Shown: positions 54,265-64,000 of the stretch, one piece after another | Position numbering within the stretch: position 1 is the first letter of the stretch | How the letters are laid out: every line of letters begins with the position of its first letter | Assembly (NCBI RefSeq): GCF_022539665.2 | Contig: NC_081331.1 | Location: 8,556,001 to 8,620,000 of the forward strand | Reading direction: 5' to 3' | From: Daphnia carinata | Taxonomy: Eukaryota | DNA: 64,000 nucleotides | The notes under the pieces: model-generated | The model's input: the letters and a program-made list of their open reading frames with translations, nothing else | Told to the model about the DNA's origin: nothing | The model's database searches: none | Made by a program: the position numbers and the translations under genes

Positions 54265-55190
54265 GAACTTTGTATCATAGGGCATGTTCTCTTTTGGGCG
54301 ACATACCAGAAGAACTCCAGGGTTTCCGATTTTGGTTGCAGATTTTCGAAGCTTGTACAACTGGTACACGACAATAGGACATCTGCCTATCGACGTTTGG
54401 ACTACTGGCTCCCGACGTATGGGCGCAACGATGAAATGTTGCCGAACCCAGCGAGCGGTACACTTGACGACAAGTGGGTTCCCGTGCCGGTAGCAAATGG
54501 ACTCCATTACTTTTCTTCCTAATCATTTTTCTGATATTTTTGTATATAATTTTTTTTCTAAATTTTTATGCATTTAATTTTTGACAAAGCTATAGTCAAT
54601 ATGGTCATTTTCATTCAAATTCATTTCTTTTTTTTAGTTTGTTGAATTCAAATTTAAATTTTAATGCTAAGGTCATTCTTACGGGCTATCTTTTTTACTA
54701 AGTACATTTTTTTATTATACAATAATCCATATATATTACTACTAAATGTGTAACAGTCAACGGCCATGTCTAGAAAGTAATTAATAGTTCAATTGCAAGT
54801 GACTTTAAACTCACGTGATTTATAATTATACTTTTTTCTACAACAACAATATCTAAGCTTATTACCCGATAAGCCCGAACAAAAATATCCATGAAATAAT
54901 CACAATTAATTATGAATCCCTAATCATTTACTCAAAACAAAAAAAAAGAGTCCAACCGTCGCTAGCATGGGAGTCCACTTGTCGCATAGTATAGGGCTTG
55001 GTTGGCTCAGCAACATTTCGTTGTCGAGGCCAAACGTCGGAAACCAGTAAACCAAACGTCGCTAGACAGATGTACTACTGGCGCGAACCACTCGGCCAAG
55101 GGTCGAGTGACAAAAGTCCTAGTGTCGGAAAACCTAGAGTACATTTGGCAACTAGCCCAAAAGACCCTATCCCACTCGAATTCGCTATCA
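54265..55190. mobile_element. foldback/MITE-like element with ~240-bp imperfect inverted arms and an AT-rich spacer
   Basis: 54265-54505 is an imperfect reverse complement of 54947-55190 (e.g. gaaatgttgccgaacc / ggctcagcaacatttc; cgacaagtgggttccc / gggagtccacttgtcg). Ends are approximate. Confidence 0.7.
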
Positions 55191-55852
55191 CCTACCGATA
55201 ACATTCGTGGAGGTAGCCTATATCAGATCCAGCTTTACAGTTTACCCACGGATCGCAGTCAATAATGGTGATTTAGGGCGATATGATTTGACAATTTTCC
55301 AAGAATGGTGGGGAAGGCCAGTTATGTTTGGAAAACAGAGTATCGTCATATCAATTAATGTAGTTTTTTAACGTCACTTTAAAAATGGCCTACTAAAGAA
55401 TAGTTTGTAGTTGATAATTCTTTTCTAACGCCATCGTGTGACTCTAATACGGACACAAATTGTGGTCGGTTTTGGGGTACAAACTGGGGAAATAACATAT
55501 CAAAACGGGTTTATAACCGAGTACTGGAACCAATTTGAGTATTTAATTCCCTAAGTAAAAACAAGGGATCTAAAACCATTATCCACCCGATCTAGTTCTT
55601 AAAAAGATTTACACCTATTGCCCAACTTAAGCAAAGAGTAGAACTCTGTACTACGAACCATTTCACTCCCAAAAAATAGTTTTTTTTTAATTATTACTAT
55701 TTTATTTTTTTCTATGATTACTATTTTATTTTTTTTAATTATTACTATTTATTTTTTTTCTTCGTTTCGTTGTTTGTTTAGTTAATTTCAATTAGTCGCA
55801 TTTTAAATTTAGCTAATCGCTTTCCAGTGATCGCCCGAATCAACTTTGATTC

Positions 55853-56019
55853 TGTAGTGTTTAGCCACCAGATAGCGCTGTTGCTATGTGGGGGGGACTA
55901 GAGACGAATACAGTACGATATAGCCAGCCAAGGAGCATGGTCACAACCGATCCGCCTAATCTAAATTGAATCATCGGCATCTGGCTAGTTGCTGTGTTGT
56001 TATAACACAGGACGTTACA
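55853..56019 (+). repeat. Mag-like 5' LTR (167 bp)
   Basis: TGTAG...GTTACA, matching 60486-60657. Confidence 0.93.
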
Positions 56020-56020
56020 T

Positions 56021-56031
56021 TGGCGACGAAG
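56021..56031 (+). promoter_or_regulatory. primer-binding site, tRNA-Ser(GCU)-like
   Basis: TGGCGACGAAG 1 nt after the LTR; 9-nt perfect match to TGGCGACGAGG. Confidence 0.65.
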
Positions 56032-56093
56032 TGAAAGTGTATGAAAGGAAAACAGTGAAAATAGTGCTTCTGGAATAAACTAAGCCCACTGAA

Positions 56094-59000
56094 ATGGCAT
56101 TCGCATTACCAGCCTTCGAAAGTTTCTCCATTAGTGACGACCCTCAAAACGTTGGCGCACGTTGGAAGAAATGGGTGTCCAGGTTCGAGACAATGCTCTT
56201 GGCCATGAACATTGTAGAAGAGGACTCTAATACAAACGCACAGAAATCAGCAATCGACAAACGAAGACTCGCCCTGATGCTGCACTACGCCGGATCTGAA
56301 GTGGCCGACGTGTATGACACCTTATCGGGCGAAGACGAAGACAAAGAATCATACCCAAAAACGAAGCCCTTGCTGCAAACTTACTTCCAGCCTAAACAAA
56401 ACATTGAGCTTGAAGTATACAAGTTCAGGAAACTGCGACAGGAAGATGGTGAAACAATGGACGCCTATGTCACCAGGCTTCGCAAGCAAGCAACACTCTA
56501 TGATTTCCCAGACGATGATCGTGAAATCAAGTTTCAAGTCATCCAAGGATGCCTGTCAAGCTCATTTAGGAAGCTCTGTCTACGTGGTCAGCTGTCCCTG
56601 AGTAAGATGCTAGAACACTCTAGATCAGCCGAAGCAGCTAATCACTATGAGGAAAACATAGAGAAACACAACCAGAAGTCTGGAAACGCAATGAAACACA
56701 AAAATACAAAGTACCCACAACGAAGAAAAACTTCTTGGCAAGCACCACTTCAGAGCAAAGAAACTGGCAAATGTCGGGATTGCGGGGAAGAGTGGCCACA
56801 CAAAAACAGAATCTGCCCAAGCAAAAATGTATGTTGGAACTGCGGAATGAAATTCCCACACGCGGATGAAGTACAATGTCCAGCTATAGGTAAAACATGC
56901 ACAAAATGCAACAAGCCAAATCATTTTGCGAAAATGTGCAGAAGCTCCAATCAACGCAACCCCTCAAGTGGCACACAGGAGATAAAAGAAATCACACAAA
57001 AGCTACAGAACCAAGCAATAAACTCTTCCGACGAATCAAGCGATGAGTCGGTGTTTTCCGTCTGCGCCATCAACAACCAGAGGAGACCGATGACGTCAAT
57101 ACAGGTCAGCGAAACCAAAATCGCAATGATGATCGACACAGGCTCGATATGTAACATGATCGGGTTGAAAACATTTAACAAATTAAATCCGAGGCCCGTT
57201 CTGAAACCAACCAACACAGTGATCAACGCGTACGGAAACCAACCGCTTGACATTAAAGGAAAATTCTCAACAATCATCAGGTCCAAGCATGCAGAGTCGA
57301 AAGTTACGGTGTATGTAAGCGCTGAGAACAATGCCGACAACCTACTGAGTTGTGAAACTGCCAAAGACCTGAAGATCGTCAAAATCATAAACGCAACTCA
57401 TACACAAGCCAGATACGAACAGCTAAAATGCGAATTTACGTCACTCTTCAAAGGCACTGGCAAAATGAAGAATTACACCGTGAAACGACACATCGACCCA
57501 TCGGTTCCTCCAGTCACGCAGAAACACCGGCGTGTTGGGTTCCATCTCAGAAAAGCCGTCGAGGAGGAGATTCAAAAGCTGTTGCAAGAAGATATCATCG
57601 AACCAGTTACGGGAGGTCCAACCCCATGGGTATCACCCTGTATTGTGGTTCCAAAACCAAAGCAGCCCGGCAAGTTTCGTGTGTGCGTAGACATGCGCGC
57701 TCCAAACAAGGCAATAATGCGCACCCGCCACCTCATTCCCACCATCGAAGACCTCGTGGTCGATTTAAATGGAGCCAAATTCTTTTCAAAGCTCGACATG
57801 AACCAAGGTTACCATCAGTTAGAGCTCATGCCGGAATCTCGTTTCATCACAACTTTCGCTAGCCATCGTGGACTGTTCCGCTACAAGAGACTTAACTTTG
57901 GCATAAACTGCGCCGCAGAAATCTTCGACGATGTCATAAGGCAAATAATTAGTGGCATTCCCGGTGTCGTCAATCGTAGCGACGACATACTCGTGACCGT
58001 AAGATCCAGAGGTGAACATGACCAGAATCTTCGGGAAGTGCTACGAAGGCTCCAGGAACGCAACCTCACCCTCAACTTTGGAAAATGTGAGTTCGGGAAC
58101 AGGGAAGTCACGTATTTTGGTCTTCACTTTAGCGAAGATGGGATCGCCCCTGACAAAGCCAAGGTTCAGGCCATCGACGAAGCCGCCCCTCCATCTGGAC
58201 CAGACGAGGTATCAAGTTTCCTCGGCATGATTACATTCTGCAGTAGGTTCATAGCGGATGCTGCAAGCATCAGTGAACCTTTGAGAAAACTCACTCACAA
58301 GAAAACCGAATGGGCGTGGAGTACCAAAGAACAAACAGCATTTCAGGAGCTCAAGAACCGTCTAAAGAAAGCAGTAACGCTGGCGTACTACGACGTAAAA
58401 AAATCGACATCTTTAATTGTTGACGCCAGCCCAACCGGGCTTGGTGCAATCCTAACGCAAACATCAAAAGACGCCAGTTAAACCCCAGTCGCGTTCGCCA
58501 GCAGACGTTTAACCGACGTCGAATCTCGCTTTTCCCAAACAGAGCGCGAAGCTCTCGCAATCACCTGAGCAATACTGCATTTTCACTTGTATCTCATAGG
58601 TACCAAGTTCTCGGTAATAACGCACCACAAGCCACTGGAAACCATTTTCAACAAACCGTTGATTCAACCTCCAGCCCGAATTGAAAGATGGTTACTCAAG
58701 CTTCAGCAATACGAGTTTGAAGTCAAGTATCAACCCGGTAAGAACAACCCGGCTGACTTCATCTCACGCCATCCAGCCCATCAGAACAGGACCCCGTCAA
58801 GAGAAGAAATAATCGCTGAGAACTATGTCAACCACATCGCAATGACGTCAGCACCAAAAGCCGTTACCATCAAGGAAGTGGCAGAAGCTACCGCACGAGA
58901 CAAAGCGATCCAAGTCATAGCTAAAATGCTCGATTGTAAACGTGACACCAAACAAGAAAACCTAACGCCTGGTGAGTCCGAGCGCGTCAGAGCATTCAAA

Positions 59001-60268
59001 CTTGTCCTGAACCAACTGTCACGAGTACAATCCACTGAAGGTCTACTACTGCTTAAGGGTTCGAAGCTGGTCATTCCCCAAGAGCTCACTGATCGCGAAA
59101 TAAAGATAGCGCACCAATGTCATCCGGGAATTGTGAAGACGAAAAGCCTGATCAGAGAAAAAGTGTGGTTCCCTGGAATAGACAAGCTGGTCGAAAGAAG
59201 GATTAGCTCTTACATCCCATGCATGGCAGCCAACCCAACTGTGCGACCGGAACTTCTGCTGACGTCACAGCTTCCATCCGGGCCATGGACCGAGATCAGC
59301 GTGGACTTTGCACAATTGCCCGATAACAATTATCTTGTAATCTATGACGATTACTCACGTTTCCCGGTCATACAAAAAGTCTCCAGCACATCGGCGAACG
59401 CCATAATCCGCAGATTGAAAGAGGTTTTCGCCATGTTTGGCATCCAAACAACACTCAAAAGTGACAACGGTCCACCATTCTCGAGCAAGAACATGAAAGA
59501 CTTCGCGGAGGAATTCAACTTCCAACATCGCAAAGTCACCCCTCTTGGCCACAAGCTAACGGTGGCGTCGAACGTTTTATGAAGACCCTGAAGAAAACAA
59601 TCCGGTGTTTGGCCGGTGAAGGTCTGTCATGGAAAGAGAACATCTCTACATTCCTTTTAAATTATCGAGCGACACCCCACTCAACAACAGGAGTACCACC
59701 TGCAACCGCGTTATTTGGCCGGCCGCTAAGAACACGGATTCCAGAACTCCCCAACTCTAACGCAACAGACGAAAAAATCCGCCTGAAAGATGCTCAACAA
59801 AAAGCGAACATGAAAAAACACGCAGACAAGCACGCTCAACTCCGTATATTCAACTTAGGCGACAAGGTTCTTCTCCGAAAAGACAGCGTCCGCAACAAGA
59901 TTGACCCTCCCTTCCATCCGGAAATCTACACTGTAGTCGCTGTCAAAGGGAACATGATCACAGCAAGCCGCGGGACTCACACAGTCACTCGAAACATCTT
60001 TTACTTCAAAGAAGTAACCGGAGCAGTCGGAAGCCAAGACGTTCATTGCAACCCTGAAGAAGACGAAGAACTTGATCAGCAAAATCAGCATAACGAAAAT
60101 CTTTTAGGAAATGTGCCGAGCAACGACGGGGAAAGAACAGGACCTGAAAACCCTGTTGACTCCAACACTCCAGATCCAGGAGAACACATCGGTCAACAAA
60201 GACCAACCGGTCGCCCCAGACGCAACTGTAACCTCCCGAAGAGATTCGAAGATTACGAAGTCAACTAG
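56094..60268 (+). pseudogene. Mag-like gag-pol with two in-frame stops (58479, 58566) and one frameshift (~59545)
   Basis: W.KW..RFE gag, Cys/His knuckles, IDTGS protease, RVCVDMR..LDMNQGYHQ..NFG..RSDD RT, VDASPTGLGA..ASR..SQTERE RNase H, H..HPG..VWFPG, SDNGPPF, LNYRATPHSTTG integrase. Confidence 0.92.
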
Positions 60269-60485
60269 CAACCGAAAACCATTGAGTCGCTCATGTAGCT
60301 GTGTCTTCTACCTGTTGTCAAACTCCGCATCACACTTCTTTTTTCGTGTCATAATGTATGACTATTCTTGCAACTCAGTGCTACCCTCGTAACGCAGTCA
60401 ACCTAGAAATTTTGGTCATCCATCCATGTGATACAGAGCATGTGTCCTTTTCTTTGTGCTTTCATTTGTTAAAGGTTGGATGTGA

Positions 60486-60657
60486 TGTAATGTTTGGTAC
60501 AGCCACCAGATAGCGCTGTTGCTATGTGGGGGGGACTAGAGACGAATACAGTACGATATAGCCAGCCAAGGAGCATGGTCACAACCGATCCGCCTAATCT
60601 AAATTGAATCATCGGCATCCGGCTAGTTGCTGTGTTGTTATAACACAGGACGTTACA
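60486..60657 (+). repeat. Mag-like 3' LTR (172 bp)
   Basis: Matches 55853-56019. Confidence 0.93.
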
Positions 60658-63600
60658 GATTCCAATCAAATTTTGATTCGAATCAGCGATTCCAATCAAT
60701 TTTGCTTGATTTTCACGATTTTTTATTTTCTTCAAAATTTGCTTTTATTTTTTATTCTGATTTTATGATTTTTGAACAAAATTGATTCGAATAAATTATT
60801 TTTATTAGGAATTTTTGCGACCATGGAAACGTTTAATAATAATGTGGGCTGGGTCACAAAGCTGTCTGTTTACTCTGTTAAATAGCAGACGAATTAATTT
60901 TCAAACGCGGTACATTTCTACACTGAACAACGTGACAGTGTCTTAGATATGATAACCGTTATGCGTATGATAATCACAGAATCACAGATTGTGATTTTTG
61001 ATTCTGGTTCAAATTCATTGATTCTTATTCTTCTTATTCTGAACCAAAAATCTTGATCTATTCTGATTTTTTATTCTTCAAAAAAATGAACGCGTTATTC
61101 TATTCGGGTTTTATTCCAATCCGATTTCAAATTGATTCGGCCGATCACTGCCGCTTTCGTTATGTTTTAAAAAAAAACTTGGACAAGAAAACCTCAAAAG
61201 GCCTTCGAAGAGTTTATGCAAGAAAAACATTATGAAAACAATGCAAATTTCTTTTTCATAATAATTTCACCCTACATTTAAGAAAGTGTTCAATTTTGCA
61301 CATCAGTTGTCGTTTTCTGGTTAATATGCATAGACGTCAAAAGCTTTTTTTGCAAAGTATGAGAACGTAGAAGCGATCTGCTAACGTTTTGTGCTTCAGA
61401 ATTATTGCAGGTAGAAGAAAAGTATTGTTGGGGTTTGCCGAGCTCAAGATTTTATAAGCTGTCACAATAAACACCTGAAATTAGTGCTGTTCTTATTGGG
61501 AAAACGAAACGAACAAAGTAATGAAATGCTCCCTTATTGTTTGCTATAAAAAATAATAAGCTAATTTTCAAATTAACGAAAATTATTTTCGTTATTTTCG
61601 TTACTTTTTTTTCTATTTTAAGGCCTGCTTTTCACCTGGGTTCGGCATCGTTTTACCCGTGAACGGCTAACTACCGAAAAGTGCTGTCATGACACACGAA
61701 AAAAATTGTTCTTTAGAGCATTTTCTTTTACTATCGCGCCAATAGCTTCTGGTAGTTAGCCGGTCATTTTGTTGGCAATGTATACAATAGATATATTCAA
61801 TTATTTTATATTATCAATACGTATTCATTATGCTTATCAAAGAAGAACCATCTAGCAACCAGAAAAGACTTCTTCTTCTTCTTTCTTCATCTTTCGCATA
61901 ACGAGTTTACAAAACAAAGGAAATGTCTCTTGCACCTGTTCCCAGGATTTTGACAAGCACCTAAAATCCTCTTAAAACAAAAGCACTAACACGACTTTTT
62001 TGCCAATTATTTTTGCATTTATTTGGCGAAAAAACGAAAACGATGCACAAATCGTTTTAGTTAACTAAACGAATAACGAAATGAAATCAAAAAGAGGACA
62101 AAAAATAGATACAAATAATCGGAAAAGCACAACTAAACAACCCTACCTAAGATTCAACTCGTATGGAAAAAGTCTAGAAAGGTCCCCGCCATGTAGGCGC
62201 TGAATTTCGAGAATTTCGTAAACCTTATCTGGTAGGCGACAAACGCTGACTTTTGCTACCAAATGACGGCCGGATAGTGCTAGGTACATAAAAAGCATAA
62301 GACATTGGCAATTAGACTTCAGAGAACCAGCTTCCAGAAAGAAAAAGAAAATGAATGGGGATCGTTTTCCTAATCTTCAAATCAGACTAATTTTTTTACC
62401 AAACTCTTAGAAGGTAGTTTTTTTTCCGTTTTGTTTTTTAAATAAAAAAAAAGTAAGTCCACAACCGTACCTGCCAAAAACACAGTTAATCTAACCAGGC
62501 AGTATGGAAAAAAACAGGGGTAACAGAAGATGATAAAGGTTCAAGGTGCGTGGCAAGAGATGCGGGGATGGGTCGCTAGCGTGATGGCCACTAGCTATAA
62601 ACTGTTTTTTCCAATGTTTAAGGTGCCTGACGCCTGGTGCCGCTGTACGTTCTACGTGATGACGGGAGAGCATCACCGGTGAATGCAGAGAAAAACTGGA
62701 ATAGCTAGTAACGTGTGAGGAGTAAGGCAAAGAAGGAGTGCTTTAAAACGTCAGTTGAGTTTCTAGATCAAATCGCTACGCTGAATCATAGCTGCTTTCC
62801 TATAGCAGAAGAAAGATTTTCGAATGTATCGCTGTTGATCATGAACGTTGAGCCGAGGCCTAACAACAGCCTCAACGTCTGAAGAGAAATGCGCCGCCGC
62901 GACCGTCACCGCGCCTTCCCGCTCGCCCACCCACTAGTCGGCCTGCTGTTGCACACACTCCTTCAATCGACATCTGGTAGTTCTTATCCCGGATTGCCAG
63001 GCAAATTTCAGTCAGTAGTTGCTGCACAACCTTACGGGACTGTGCTTCTAGGTTCTCTGCTCACTCTTCCTTTTTCTGTCTTGCTTTTTCCTCTATACTT
63101 CTTTTTCCTGCATTTCACTTTGGTTGCTTTGAAAGTTTAACCTGCAAAAACCGATTTACTTTCCTCCTTTAGATGCTGAAAGTTCCTTCTACAAAATTCT
63201 CAGTTTTTATTTTATCTGCTACTCTTCTCACGTGATTAGTTTAATTTCGTTTTTTCCGCAGGCCGCTATTTTTCTCGATCATCGATTACTAACTGGCAGT
63301 GGCGACATTTTAAGCATCGAAAAATATATTTGGACTCTGGCTCATCGGTAAGTTTTTTGGGACTCGAAATCCTTTTTCGTCTTATTCTTGCCATTCTCTG
63401 TAATACGCATCTATTTTTTACCTCATAGTTTGCTTACGTTTTTATTTTGGCCTATATGGCATCTGTGTCTTATCTGTCGTGTGCCGTTGGTACTCCTGAA
63501 ATACGTTATTAGCTGCTTGAGTAGTATTTGACTGGCACAGCGTAGCATTAGCTATAATAAGGGAAGTGGGGTACCTGTGTAGAAACACATCCAGAGAACG

Positions 63601-64000
63601 CGTGCTGACCCGCCATCTGCCTGGATAGACAAGCGCAGTGTTTGGTGTGGCCCCTTTTTAACATGAGGCGGCTGCTGGATCAAACGAATCAATAGAATTC
63701 ACTGACACAATGCACTAACAGAGGGGGAAAGCTACAGGCGGTGTGTCGTCGAGACTAACCGTGGTGAGCTTGCACGGCGCTGTACGTCGTGTTGAAAGTG
63801 TACGAGTACCTACAGTTTTTGCATGCAGCTTGTGTGTGTTTGCTTTATGGTTTTCCTTCTAAGGGTGGATTCACAATTTCGTACGCATATAGTTTAATAT
63901 CTGGTTTCGTGAGTTAATTAACGTAAGCACTGAAGCTTCGCATCCTCTGAGACGAAATGTCAAGTATCTTACGGGTTTCAAACTTGTACAATTCTAGAAC

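Larger units (their letters stand above)
55853..60657 (+). mobile_element. Gypsy LTR retrotransposon, Mag-like
   Basis: Short LTRs 55853-56019 and 60486-60657 (2 substitutions and a 5-bp indel), TSD GATTC (55848-55852, 60658-60662), PBS TGGCGACGA, and fused gag-pol. Confidence 0.95.
55825..61150. mobile_element. ~516-bp hAT-type MITE split by the Gypsy insertion
   Basis: TIR CAGTGATCGCCCGAATCA (55825) / TGATTCGGCCGATCACTG (ends 61150), 8-bp TSD TCGCTTTC/CCGCTTTC (7/8), and subterminal GATTC/GAATC repeats. Confidence 0.85.

Noticed and set aside
55690..55760. Three ~25-bp AT-rich tandem units
   Set aside because: Simple slippage repeat with no spacers; not CRISPR-like.
63262..63347. AG/GT-bounded candidate exon
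   Set aside because: Good splice signals, but no recognisable protein or linked exons; left unannotated.

Overview
Eukaryotic (animal) genomic DNA. The ~60-nt introns and the TE repertoire suggest an arthropod such as a Daphnia-like crustacean; that assignment is inference only. The window is a deeply nested transposon graveyard around one compact island of two intact, convergent, intron-rich host genes: CDK5 (+, 11 exons, 298 aa, including a 15-nt micro-exon) and SPAG7 (-, 6 exons, 219 aa). Three full-length LTR retrotransposons have both LTRs, a PBS and 5-bp TSDs. (1) A very young BEL/Pao (14806-21349, identical 306-bp LTRs, TSD CAGTA) sits inside an older BEL. (2) A second BEL/Pao (26801-33615) sits inside a ~1-kb solo LTR (TSD GTCAT) and carries an extra zinc-knuckle ORF after pol. 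(3) A Mag-like Gypsy (55853-60657, TSD GATTC) sits inside a hAT-type MITE. Also present: a second ~1-kb solo LTR (TSD GCTAC), Tc1/mariner relics, foldback-like repeats, DIRS and Gypsy pol remnants, and an ADAM10 pseudogene fragment. Most notable: the gag-like accessory ORF in the env position of the second BEL; a hairpin at the 5' tip of LTRs from unrelated families, with compensatory changes in one family; a conserved intron-like segment inside an LTR; and a large loop insertion plus an Arg-anchor-like tail in the young BEL integrase. All alignments and counts were done by eye; no database searches were run.
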